A stretch of 64,000 nt of DNA from Saccostrea cucullata (taxonomy: Eukaryota): the NCBI RefSeq assembly GCF_032062105.1, contig NW_026920570.1:1-64000 (forward strand), read 5' to 3'. Below are positions 34,203 through 45,086 of this stretch, one piece after another. Position numbers and translations under genes: made by a program. Every line of letters begins with the position of its first letter. The first letter of the stretch is position 1. The notes below the pieces were generated by a model. That model saw only the letters and a list, made by a program, of their open reading frames with translations, ran no database searches and was not told the origin of the DNA.

Positions 34203-34278
34203 GATGTGTGTGCTCTGTCCCTCACTCAGATCAGAAATGATCCTCTTGGGGTTTGGTCTATCTCCTAATATATCGGGA

Positions 34279-34533
34279 CTAACTTGGTGAATTGGTCTTC
34301 TTGACCCTAGGGGTTTGATGCATCATGGTAGGACTAGGCATCACCGAAGAACTCACACAGACCATCCAATATTCTCGATTAGGATCGTGTAAAGCTAACA
34401 TGACCACACTCGTGATGATGAGGGAAATACAAATGAATAATTGTGCAAAATACACAATTTCTTCTCTAGGAATATTCTCTCCACAAAATTTCCAATGAGG
34501 AGTTACTGGATGAGATCCGTTTGAGGAATCCAT
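34279..34533 (-). CDS. Small predicted transmembrane protein next to integrase
   Basis: 84 aa with hydrophobic segment IVYFAQLFICISLIITSVVMLAL and a second short hydrophobic stretch; overlaps the integrase 3' end. Confidence 0.6.
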   Translation of the reverse strand: MDSSNGSHPVTPHWKFCGENIPREEIVYFAQLFICISLIITSVVMLALHDPNREYWMVCVSSSVMPSPTMMHQTPRVKKTNSPS

Positions 34534-35300
34534 GAATCGAAACTAGGGGGATATCCTTTCTTTGACTTTGACTTCTTGAATGATTTTCTTCCGTCGCTTT
34601 TTATACCCCAAGATTTCCTCCACTTCGTACACGTCGTCTTTTTAATGATCTGTTGTAATTATTTCTCGTAAAAAGTCCCTTCTAATTCCTCCTTGTTGTA
34701 ATCTTGTACTCGATACACGTACGGATACCGACCGGGGACTCGTTGAGCAATGGTAAATATTTCCGTGGTCCAGTTCGGTAAATATCCTTTTTCAAAAGTG
34801 CGTTTAGCTTTACTGATGCGCACTTTATCTCCTGTTTTAAACTTGGGGGGTTTAGGAGATCCAGTTGGGGGGGGGGGGTTTAGGAGATATTTCCCCATAT
34901 AAAGTTTTCCAGACTTTTAACACATTCGAGGGCTTCACTTGAGCTGGGGCTCTTTGGATACTGCGATGATAAGTATGATTGTAAGCATACACTAAATCCG
35001 GTAAGATCTCTAAATACCGTCTGGTTTTATTCCGAGTGAAATACCGCCACATGCGTGCTTTGAGGGTTCTCTGAAATCGTTCCACGATACTGGCTTTGGT
35101 GTCCGTATTGCGAGTGGTAAAGAAATGAATGGATTTAAAAGCCTGTAAGAATTCTCGATTGGTAAATTCTTTGCCTTGATCCGATTGAATGCGGACGGGA
35201 CGTCGACCGTCTTGTCGGAAAATCTCTTGTAATCCTCGAATCATTTCTTTCCCCGTTTTCTGTTTTAAAGGCACCACCCATGCATATTTAGATAAGACGT

Positions 35301-38300
35301 TGTTGTGAATGTGTAATTATGTATATAATTAGTAACATTAAGTTTCTTGAAATTCCAGAGTGGTCAACATGTTTGGTCATTTTATCTAGAACATTCTTAA
35401 ATTTTGTGTATGTCCAGATTGTTCCAGTAATATCATGTTTTTATTTTTGAATATTCTAGATATATAATCTGTATAAATACAAAGCAATTCAATGCATAGA
35501 TATACAATAATTGTGAATACTTTGTCGTATAAGCACTATTGAGATATAACTGGGATATATTTTCATTGGGACATTGTGTGCAGCAACGGACACTCTGATG
35601 TATGTATTCTTAGATTCTTGCTAAGTTTGTACTTTATGTTTCATATACTTATTATATATTACTGTAAATAAATTATTGTTAAGTTTAAATTGTGTTATTG
35701 ATCTTTGCTGGCATTTGGGTAATTCTGACCCATAACAGAATTGGCTTCCGGGATAAAGAATTTTTACTTTTGCAGTTTATTGTCATAATTTTGCTCATTA
35801 ATTTTTTGTTAAATTAAATTATAAGCCAGCAGAAATCAACATGGTGTTTTCGGTCACAGACTTTCTTAGTTCACCAAGTGTTCAGGTTTTTGACACGTTA
35901 AAAAAAGATGATCGCATTAGGTTTGCATTTTGGGTTAGATGTTAAATCCTCTCAGAGAAAGCAAGACATTAGAATTAAGGTTGCAAACAAACTAGTAGAA
36001 GAAAACATCTTTGAAAAATACATGATCTTCCAGAATATACAGTTAAATCAGAGTAAGGCTCTTACAAAATGGCAGAATATCAGTTTCAATTAGAATTAGA
36101 GAAAATGCGATTAGAAAGAGAAAAATTAGAAAGAGAAGATCGAGAAAAAGAAAGAGAAGAGCGAGAAAGAGAAAGAGAAGAACGAGAGCGTGAACGAAAA
36201 TTTGAATTAGACAAATTAGCAGCAGAAAGAGAAGAGCGTGCAATGAACTTTGAATTAGAGAAATTAAAATTACAAAACCAACCAGAACCGTCAGTTGTCA
36301 AAACTGAATTTGACGCAGCAAAAAATATTAGGTTAGTTCCGAAATTTCAAGAAAAATCTGTAAACAAATATTTTCACCAATTCGAAAAAGTCGCAGAGAA
36401 TCTTAAATGGCCACAACACGTTTGGTCAACAATGTTACAAAGTGTACTGGTTGGAAAAGCGGCTGAGGTATACTCTGCACTAGGGGTAGTTGAGAGTTCA
36501 GACTATGAGAAGGTCAAAGCAGCAATATTAAAAGCATATGAATTAGTACCTGAAGCATATAGACAAAATTAGAAAGTATAGGAAGTTTGATAATCAAACA
36601 TTTGTTGAATTTTCACGAGAGAAAGAAGATTTATTCGATCACTGGTTTAGATCTAAGAAACTTGATAAAACTTTTGCTAATTTGCGCAAAAGTCATCCTG
36701 GTAGAAGAGTTTAAGGAGTGTGTTCCTCAAGATTTGAAAACACATTTAGAAGATAAGAATGTGAAAACTCTTGAAGAGGCAGCAGTCATATCTGATACTT
36801 ATGCTCTGTCTCATAAAAAGAATTTTGTTTCAAGATCTCAGACTAGCAGTAATTCTACCAATTCAGACACATATAAAAAGAGTGGTTCAGGGTCTCAGTC
36901 TTTCACAAGTTCCCAGTCTCCATCCCAAGGTGGTTTTAAGTCCGGTCCAGGACGTGTTGAAGGATCGTCTGGAATAGGGTCGCTTCCTACTTGTAGTTAT
37001 TGTAAGAAAAAGGGTCATCTGATCAGTGAATGCTTTAAAATTAAGAGAAAAAATGATTTTGATAAAACTCAACCACATGCTTGTGCGGCAGTTAGAGGTG
37101 ATAGAGAAGCCTTAGTTTCGATTTGTTCTGACACTCCTGATGTTCAGGGTTCACAGTCCAGTTCTATTGATTCTATGGAGGATTATAAGCCCTTTATGTC
37201 TCAGGGATTAGTTTCACTCGGTGACTCTAGCGAAATAAAACCTGTCCAGATTTTGAGAGATACTGGTGCTGCACAGATGTTATTGTTAGAGGGCGTGCTT
37301 CCTTTGTCTGAGCAGACTTCTACTGGTGGGTCAGTTTTATTACAGGGTGTGGAGCTAGGCGTCATTGATGTTCCCCTGCATAGAATTAGTTTGAAGTCAG
37401 ATTTAGTTACTGGACCTGTTATCGTAGGTGTTCGACCTACTCTTCCTGTTCCAGGCATTTCTTTGTTGTTAGGCAACGATTTAGCTGGTGGGAAGGTTGT
37501 ACCTGATCCTATAGTTTGTGAGAAAATCAATTCAGATGTCATGTGCGATGATGAAGATGATGACATTTATCCAGCCTGTGCTGTTACTAGAGCGATGGCC
37601 AGAAGACGAGAAATGGAGGCAGACCATTTTCAAGCCTTTGACGAGACGAATTCCTCTGTTGATATTGATTTGAATGACACTTTCTTATCTGACCTTGATG
37701 GCACTCAAACCAGCATGGAACCACACAATATCAAGAAGCAAGAGAAGAAAGAATTTTTACCAAAATTTGGTGGTGAGGATGATGAGTTGCATCCACTAGT
37801 TAGCCAAGGCAAGGACATCCTCAGCCGAGAACGTTTACTCTCTGAACAACATAAAGAACCAGATATCATTCAACTTAGTAAGAGGGCACTTCCACCAGAA
37901 GAGGCTAGTTGGAGAATGCTTCTATATGAAAGATGGCATCCTTATGCGAAAATGGCGACCACCTGATGCTTCTCCAGATGAAGTGTGGCGTGCTGTTCAC
38001 CAGATAGTGGTCCCAGCTGCTTATCGTCGAGATGTCATGAGTTTAGCTCACGATACACCTATGGCTGGTCATTTAGGTATCAATAAGACTTATAATAGGA
38101 TTTTGAGTCATTTTTATTGGCCTAAGCTAAGAAAGGATGTTTCGAAGTTTTGCAAGTCATGCCATGTCTGTCAGATGGTAGGTAAACCAAATCAGAAGAT
38201 ACCATCTGCTCCTCTCCAACCCATTCCAGCTTTTGAAGAACCGTTTAGTCGAGTGTTGGTGGATTGTGTAGGACCTTTGCCTAGGACCAGAACTGGAAAC

Positions 38301-41126
38301 CAGTATTTACTTACCATTATGTGTACATCCACTCGATTTCCTGAAGCCATACCTCTAAGGAATATAAAGGCAAAGAGCATAGTTAAGGCCCTAACCAAGT
38401 TTTTCAGTTTTGTAGGAGCACCCAAGGCAATTCAGTCGGATCAAGGCTCAAATTTTATGTCGGGGTTGTTCCAGCAAGTCATGCATGAGTTGGGTATTAG
38501 GCAGTATAGATCAACTGCTTATCATCCTGAATCCCAGGGGGCGCTAGAACGTTTTCACCAGACCTTAAAAACAATGCTGAAGACCTATTGTTACCAGTAA
38601 AGACTGGGATGAAGGGGTTCATCTTGTACTATTTGCTGCACGAGAGGCAGTCCAGGAGTCTCTTGGGTTTAGTCCTTTTGAATTGGTGTTCGGTCATACA
38701 GTTAGAGGTCCTTTGAAATTGCTGAAGGAAAAGTGGCTGACTGAGACTAGTGATCTTAATCTTTTAGATTATGTGTCTGATTTCAAAGAAAAACTTTACA
38801 ATGCTTGTAAATTAGCACAAGAAAATTTGAAGAATTCTCAGATGAAAATGAAAATGTGGTATGACAAAGATGCCAGAAATAGGGTGTTTAAGCCAGGTGA
38901 TAAGGTTCTTGTATTTTTACCTATTCCTGGTCATCCTTTACAGGCCAAATTTTATGGCCCTTATGAAATTGAAAGCAAGATTAGTGATGTAAACTATGTA
39001 GTTAAGACACCTTCGACGTAAAGAGAAACGGGTTTGTCACATTAACATGTTAAAAGAGTATTTTGAAAGGTGTGTCCGAAATTCTGTAAAACCAGTTTCC
39101 ACTTTAGCCAATGCTAAGACTGTTCAAAATTGTATTGAAAGTGATATGAGTGTAGAAATGAATGAGAAAGATTGGTGTGTGTCGTTTGAAAAACTCAGAA
39201 GTTTTGGCTAATTTGGATGCCAAACTTGGACATTTGAACATTCGTCAAAAAGAACAAGTTAAAAACTTGATGAATGAGTATCATCAAATCTTTTCGGATG
39301 TTCCAAAGAAAACTAATGCAGCTTGTCATGATGTCATAGAAATCTTGAATACACAATTTCTCTTTGTTGAATCTAATAAAATTGCAGTACCTAAGAAGGG
39401 AAGTGCAGTACATGTTGGACAATGACATTGTTGAACCTAGTAAAAGTGATTGGAGCTCACCATGTGTTCTTGTACCAAAACAAGACGGTTCGTACCGATT
39501 ATGTACAGACTTTAGAAAGGTGAATTCTGTTACCAAAACTGATTCATACCCAATACCTAGAATCGATGACTGTATTGACAACATTGGAAACGCCAAATTT
39601 GTCAGTAAATTTGACCTGTTGAAAAGCTACTGGCAAGTGATGTTAACAGAAAGAGCAAAAGAAATATCTGCTTTTGCTACACCAGATGGACTTTACCAAT
39701 AAAGTAATGCCTTTTGGCATGAAAAACGCACCGGCAACATTCCAAAGGATGATTCACTCCCTTCTTCAAGACCTTGAGGGATGCGAGGCCTACATTGATG
39801 ATGTCATCATATACAGCAACACATGGGACGAACATCTCCGAATCATGCGTGCTTTATTTGACATTTTAGCTAAAGCAAACTTAATGTGAATCTTAAAAGA
39901 GCGAATTTTGTCATGCTTATGTAGAGTATTTAGGTCATAAAGTAGGTCAAGGTTATGTTACACCCATAATGGCTAAAGTGGAAGCTATTGCAAAGTTCCC
40001 GATTCCTACAAACAAGAAAGAATTAATGAGGTTTTTGGGCATGGCTGGGTTTTACAGAAAATTTTGTCCAAATTTTTCCTCAGTTGTTAGTCCACTTACA
40101 AATCTTTTACAAAAGAGGGTTAACTTTGAATGGACAAAGGACTGTGAAAAATCCTTTCATAAAATCAAATCTGTCCTTATGAGCAACCCAGTTCTGTCAA
40201 CTCCAGATTTTTCTAAGCAATTTAAGCTTACTGTTGACGCTAGTGATGTTGGAATCGGGGCAGCTTTGTTTCAAGAACATAGTGATAAGGTAGATAGAGT
40301 TGTTTCTTATTTTTCAAAGAAACTTACAAAATGTCAACGAAATTATTCTACTATTGAAAAAGAATGCCTTGCTTTGTTGTTAGCTTTACAGCATTTTGAT
40401 GTTTATTTGAATGTTACTTTGCATCCAATTCTTGTGTATACTGATCACAACCCCCTGACATTTTTGCATAAATTGTCAAACAAGAATCAAAGACTGATAG
40501 ATGGAGTTTGTTGTTACAAGAATACAACATAACAATTAAGCATATCAAAGGCAAAGACAATGTTATTGCAGACGCCTTGTCAAGAGTATCGTAAACATAC
40601 TAGATTTTGTATTAATGTACATGTTTTACAATTTAAGTTTTTCATTGACATTCAAACTTTTTAAGGGGGGAGGTGTTGTGAGATGTGTATTGTTTTATTA
40701 TGTATATAATTAGTAACATTAAGTTTCTTGAACATTCCAGAGTGGTCAACATGTTTGGTCATTTTATCTAGAACATTCTTAAATTTTGTGTATGTCCAGA
40801 TTGTTCCAGTAATATCATGTTTTAACATTTTCTAGAATATTCTAGATTTATAATACTGTATAAATACCCTGTCAATTCAATGCATAGATATACAATAATT
40901 GTGAATACTTTGTCGTATAAGCACTATTGAGATATAACTGGGATATATTTTCATTGGGACATTGTGTGCAGCAACGGACACTCTGATGTATGTATTCTTA
41001 GATTCTTGCTAAGTTTGTACTTTATGTTTCATATACTTATTATATATTACTGTAAATAAATTATTGTTAAGTTTAAATTGTGTTATTGATCTTTGCTGGC
41101 ATTTCGGGTAATTCTGACCCATAACA
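35301..41126 (+). mobile_element. Gmr1-type Gypsy LTR retrotransposon (gag-PR-INT-RT-RNaseH order), degraded
   Basis: LTRs 35301-35737 and 40674-41126 (TG...CA), 4-bp TSD ACGT, degenerate tRNA-Pro PBS (TTGGCTTCCGGGAT), PPT AAGGGGGGAGG. Confidence 0.93.
35841..40593 (+). pseudogene. gag-pol of the Gmr1-type element with multiple frameshifts and stops
   Basis: CCHC CSYCKKKGHLISEC; protease LRDTGA; integrase HDTPMAGHLG..CHVC, DCVGP, SDQGSNF, ERFH (37926-38600) lies upstream of RT YIDD (~39790) and RNase H VDASD..EKE..DH (39969-40532). Confidence 0.88.
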
Positions 41127-41445
41127 ACGTCAATGGCACACAATAAAAAGGTATAACCGTCATTGTGTTTCTTTAAACTGGACACATCGGCTAAATCTAA
41201 TTGCCATTGTTCGTCTATATCCGTCACTCTGGTCTGTTGTCTCCGGAATTTTCTATGAATGGGTTTATGTAAGGTATAGGTATCTTGCTCTTTTAACCAT
41301 TCTCGTATGGTGTTTAAAGAAATCTTATGCCCCAGACTTTTGACCTGACGATACAAAGTCTGTATGCCTCCATACCCTCTCTTAGGATCGTAATAAATCT
41401 CTGTTAAAATGTCTTCTACTCCCTTCTTCTTCTTCTTCTTCTTCT

Positions 41446-42339
41446 TCATGTCTTAGGCAATGATAGCCAATTTTCCTCGATTTGTTCTAATTTCTTCTTT
41501 TCTTCTTGGTCTTTTAATTGCTTTTGGGCTCGATAGGGACTATATTTAGGTGTGAATTTTTTTAACACCCTTGATCTTGCCTCTACAGGTCGACTAATAG
41601 GGGTCAAAAAAGAAGAGGAAGCATCCTGAAATCCGCTCTCTTCCTCTTCGTCGTCGTCGTCGTCACTCAAAGCCCCTTTAGGAGTACTGATTTTTCCTGG
41701 TTTCTGCATGGCTTTTATAAGGTCTCGATTTTGCAAGTAAGTCATGGGAGTACGGGTCTCTTTTAAAGCTTGAGCAAATTCATCTAATCCTTTAGGCACC
41801 GGACGATTTTTCAAGGATCTGGTTCTCATGTTTTCGGCCATTATATCCACAATGTTAGAATCGGGTACTTTTTGACCTCGATAACTGATTTCTCCGTCTT
41901 TATCCCAAGTCAAGACGTTGGTTTTCTTTAAATGATTTAATAATAATTCAGCTTTTCTTTGCATGGGTTTATTCACACTTTGAATGATTTGTTGATCGAT
42001 CTCGGGATCTGAGGCTGCTGGTGGTGGTGCTGCTGCTGCTACTGCTGGAGCTGCTGCTGCTGCTGCGGGGGCTGGGGCTGCTGGTGCTGCTGGGGCTAAG
42101 GGTGCAGGGGTTTTTTTGGTAGTCGTTGGCTCTCTCGCTTGTTGTAAATAATTCCTATACCGATGAAGTTCTTGACCGTATAAAGCCACTTTTTCTTCTG
42201 GAGTTAAATCTTCACGTCTGGTAATCTGGTCCAATTCTTGACCTATACTCAGAGTAGATTGAAATTCCGGAGGTTTGGGGAGTTTACCTTTGAGTTCATT
42301 CAACAGAACTTCAGGTACTAACACCATTTTACGACTCAT
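41446..42339 (-). CDS. Conserved Polinton protein of unknown function (upstream of integrase)
   Basis: 297 aa; KMVLVP N-terminus, EEKVALYGQEL, WDKDGEISYRGQKVPDSNIVD motifs; Ala/Pro linker; stop overlaps the integrase ATG. Confidence 0.75.
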   Translation of the reverse strand: MSRKMVLVPEVLLNELKGKLPKPPEFQSTLSIGQELDQITRREDLTPEEKVALYGQELHRYRNYLQQAREPTTTKKTPAPLAPAAPAAPAPAAAAAAPAVAAAAPPPAASDPEIDQQIIQSVNKPMQRKAELLLNHLKKTNVLTWDKDGEISYRGQKVPDSNIVDIMAENMRTRSLKNRPVPKGLDEFAQALKETRTPMTYLQNRDLIKAMQKPGKISTPKGALSDDDDDEEEESGFQDASSSFLTPISRPVEARSRVLKKFTPKYSPYRAQKQLKDQEEKKKLEQIEENWLSLPKT

Positions 42340-42764
42340 TTTTGTATCTTGTTGTTCCTCTTCTTTTTAATGGCTTTATAGACAGAATGTCCGGCATCCA
42401 ACAGTAAAGGTGCTGCTGAGATTAAAAGGGGTAAAATACCTCCTCCTTTTTGTTGTACTAATAAAGCTCGTCTTTTCTGTATGGATTGGGGTCGGACCAG
42501 TCTCCTTAAGATGTGTTTCTTTGGAGCTAGTTTTCGTTTCTGAGCCGAATTGAGAGGTAACACCCCTTTTAATAGGTTGTAGACGATCTCACAAATTTTC
42601 AGAATACAATCTCCAGAACAATGTTTTAAAATCCCCGTTTTTAAAGACGAGGAATAGTGAGGGTCCGATAACACTCTTAAAAGAGGGGCATGCGCTCTTA
42701 ATCGCGTACAACATCCCTTTTTCTTCTTGGCCATCTTTGAAAACAATGAAGTGAAGTCTCTCAT
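42336..42764 (-). CDS. Conserved small basic Polinton protein with adenain-type site (possible virion/membrane-active protein)
   Basis: ICEIVYNLLKGVLPL..QKRKL..K..LRRL..KRRALLVQQKGG-GILPLL pattern. Confidence 0.7.
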   Translation of the reverse strand: MRDFTSLFSKMAKKKKGCCTRLRAHAPLLRVLSDPHYSSSLKTGILKHCSGDCILKICEIVYNLLKGVLPLNSAQKRKLAPKKHILRRLVRPQSIQKRRALLVQQKGGGILPLLISAAPLLLDAGHSVYKAIKKKRNNKIQK

Positions 42765-42785
42765 GTCACTCCCTTTTATAGTGTC

Positions 42786-43715
42786 TTAAGGAGGGGCATA
42801 TCCTCCGTGTTTGTCGCTCTCGTGTTTATCTCTCGCTTTCTCCCTGACATAAATTTTTCCACAATATCGACATTTATATCTCAGGCCTTTAGGTAGTTGA
42901 GGGGTGGAGGCCGTCAAGGGTTGAAAACGTGTGATTTTAGGGACATGAATGGGAACTTTAATTCCAGGGGAGGAAGAGGAGGAGGAGGGAATGCCCACAT
43001 TCACTCGAGGAAACACTTCTAAGTCACTGGCTCTTTGACTGCCTATGGGTCCCATAGCACGATCCATTCTCAGTTCTGCTTGTTTCTTGAGCAATTCTCC
43101 TATGGTCTTTTGTCTTTGTTCCTTAAAATACTGATTGATTTCGTTTTTTAAACTTTCGGGCATGGCTTTACGTTGAGCTAGAGTTTGAGGAGCAGATTTT
43201 TGACTTGTTGCCCCTGTTTTCTTGGGAGGGGCTTTTTTCTTCTTGGGAGGGGCTTTTCTCTTCTTCTTCTTTTTTCTGCTCTTTTGAGCTGCTCCTCCGA
43301 CACGGACCATCCAATCCGGAAACACTCTTTGTTTCTTATTATCGACTCTTACCACTACACTCTTTAAACGACGAACCCGCCGTTTTTTAGGACTATTCCA
43401 TTTAAATAAATGACGAATGATGACTCCACCTAGAAATCCAGCACCTCCGCGTTTTAAAATAGCTGTTTTTCTGTCTTGATCACTGGCTGATTGATCGGCT
43501 ATGATCTTTAAATCTTGACGATGATTATTAATAAACTTTTGGGTCTGTTTATTGATAGGTAAGACCCCTTTCATTAAATTGCGAGCTCCCATGGCAAACC
43601 AATTCAATAAGGCTTTACGCCCTAATTCGATTAAATGGGCTCGCTTCGCGGGATCTCGTTCCCGCTGTAAACGTCGTAAGGTTCTCACTAATTTACTCTT
43701 GGCTGATGGAGCCAT
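42786..43715 (-). CDS. Paralog of the small basic protein with long basic extension and a C2H2 zinc finger
   Basis: NLMKGVLPIN..ILKRGGAGFLGG resembles NLLKGVLPLN..QQKGGGILP; C-terminal YKCRYCGKIYVREKARDKHESDKH. Confidence 0.7.
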   Translation of the reverse strand: MAPSAKSKLVRTLRRLQRERDPAKRAHLIELGRKALLNWFAMGARNLMKGVLPINKQTQKFINNHRQDLKIIADQSASDQDRKTAILKRGGAGFLGGVIIRHLFKWNSPKKRRVRRLKSVVVRVDNKKQRVFPDWMVRVGGAAQKSRKKKKKRKAPPKKKKAPPKKTGATSQKSAPQTLAQRKAMPESLKNEINQYFKEQRQKTIGELLKKQAELRMDRAMGPIGSQRASDLEVFPRVNVGIPSSSSSSPGIKVPIHVPKITRFQPLTASTPQLPKGLRYKCRYCGKIYVREKARDKHESDKHGGYAPP

Positions 43716-43760
43716 GATGAGATTGAAATGAACAATGACTCAGAAGAGTGTGAAACACTT

Positions 43761-44405
43761 TTATTTATACTCTTGAGGCATGTGTACAGTCAACATTTCA
43801 AACATTCGACTTCTCAATCGGTATTGGTCTGGGGTCTGGGGACTCAAGTCCACGAGAAGATATCCGTGAGGTATCTGGGTGGCTTCTTGATAAGCAGACA
43901 TCAAATGAGGTAAAGCTAGCTGACGACTCAATACACTGATCTGAGATTTGTCTCTGGGATTTTTGAATAAGACTAAATAATGAGCATTCAAACTAATGGT
44001 GCGATGAGAAGCAGCTCGATCAAATAAATTCTGAGTGATGTAAATCACACTGGTATTCCGATGATGCGCTTTACGGGTAAACCAATCCACAATAGATTCG
44101 ATGGCTTTTCCTCCCATCATGTCGTCAAAAATGAGTAAATGGGGCACACTCAAATTGGCTACTAATTTCTCGTCGTCTTCTGGAATATTTCGGATGAAAG
44201 ATACTTTATCTTTTAAAGAAGTGTAAGCGGGTTGCCATTCCCGATAACACCAGACGATTTTTTCGGGCCTGGGGGTGATCCAGTCTAGATTGTTCACTAA
44301 TGTCTTGACGAATTCTGTTTTGCCCGATTTCGAGGGTCCAGCAACCACCATGGTAAATTCGTGTTTCAATTGAAAAGAAGGGAGGGGTGTCTCCTCGGAA
44401 TACAT
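43761..44405 (-). CDS. A32/FtsK-like DNA packaging ATPase
   Basis: Walker A GPSKSGKT, Walker B LLIFDD, FTRKAHHRN, ITQNLF and RTISLNAHYLVLFKNPRD motifs; ATG 44405 downstream of TATA ~44441. Confidence 0.93.
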   Translation of the reverse strand: MYSEETPLPSFQLKHEFTMVVAGPSKSGKTEFVKTLVNNLDWITPRPEKIVWCYREWQPAYTSLKDKVSFIRNIPEDDEKLVANLSVPHLLIFDDMMGGKAIESIVDWFTRKAHHRNTSVIYITQNLFDRAASHRTISLNAHYLVLFKNPRDKSQISVLSRQLALPHLMSAYQEATQIPHGYLLVDLSPQTPDQYRLRSRMFEMLTVHMPQEYK

Positions 44406-44449
44406 GTCGATCAATGAAGGAAAAGTTGGGTTCAGGGTCTTATTTATAG

Positions 44450-44983
44450 TTAACACAGAAATAGGCGTTTGGACTGTTGAATCTCGCCTCGACAGATGGG
44501 GCAAAACTGAAAGGAAGGAGCACACAAGGCACAGCAGCATACGTGTCCGCAAGGTAGAAAAACGATTTGTAATTCCTCGTCTAAACAAATGTGACATTTT
44601 CCTCGAGCCTGGATGTCTGGTTGTGGGTTCAGTAGAGGTTTGATCTCAGGTAAAGGTTTATATCCCTGCTGATCTAAACACGTAATAAACACATTCATCA
44701 CCCACCCTCGTCCTTTATACAGATTGATGTAAGGACAATTGGGGTTCCAATAAGCATGTTCTACACAAGGATCGTCCTCGGGATCCCAATTACTAAAAGT
44801 CATTCCACAATGAAAACAGGTAGCGCTATCTTTCACTCCCCTGTAGTAAAGCCCGGCTCGAGCTAGGTCTGGTATTTTTCCTAAGAGAGGTTCTGGCCAT
44901 CCCTGCTCAAAAGTAGCTTCTCTCTTTAAGAGCCGAGCATACTGGGGATAACGCATGGGTTGATCTAACAATTTCTCAGTCAT
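44450..44983 (-). CDS. Inhibitor of apoptosis (single BIR plus RING)
   Basis: BIR: REATF..WP..LARAGLYY..CFHC..W..DDP..EH..W.PNC; RING: CHICLD..IVFLPCGHVCCC..C..CPICR. Confidence 0.92.
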   Translation of the reverse strand: MTEKLLDQPMRYPQYARLLKREATFEQGWPEPLLGKIPDLARAGLYYRGVKDSATCFHCGMTFSNWDPEDDPCVEHAYWNPNCPYINLYKGRGWVMNVFITCLDQQGYKPLPEIKPLLNPQPDIQARGKCHICLDEELQIVFLPCGHVCCCALCAPSFQFCPICRGEIQQSKRLFLC

Positions 44984-45086
44984 GACTGAACTTTTGATTT
45001 GTATTGCCCCCCTTTTTATAGGGAAGAAGAAAAACAACAATTCAATTTTTTATTTGTAATAACAAACAAACAAACATATCAACATA

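Larger units (their letters stand above)
34503..41449 (-). pseudogene. Polinton RVE (DDE) integrase with C-terminal chromodomain, interrupted by a Gypsy element and further lesions
   Basis: 41449-41131 plus 35300-34503 rejoin in frame (FLLCAID-VLSKYAWVVPLKQK); WQLDLAD, QSDQGKEF, IVERFQRTLK catalytic motifs; VKVK(W)KGYPPSFDSWIP chromodomain; frameshift at the poly-G run ~34867, stop at 34659. Confidence 0.9.

Noticed and set aside
41009-41126. C-terminal part of the 146-aa ORF as real integrase sequence
   Set aside because: It is read-through into the Gypsy 3' LTR; the true continuation is at 35300 downward
44405-44597. N-terminal extension of the ATPase (278-aa ORF)
   Set aside because: It overlaps the IAP RING; a TATA at ~44441 supports ATG 44405
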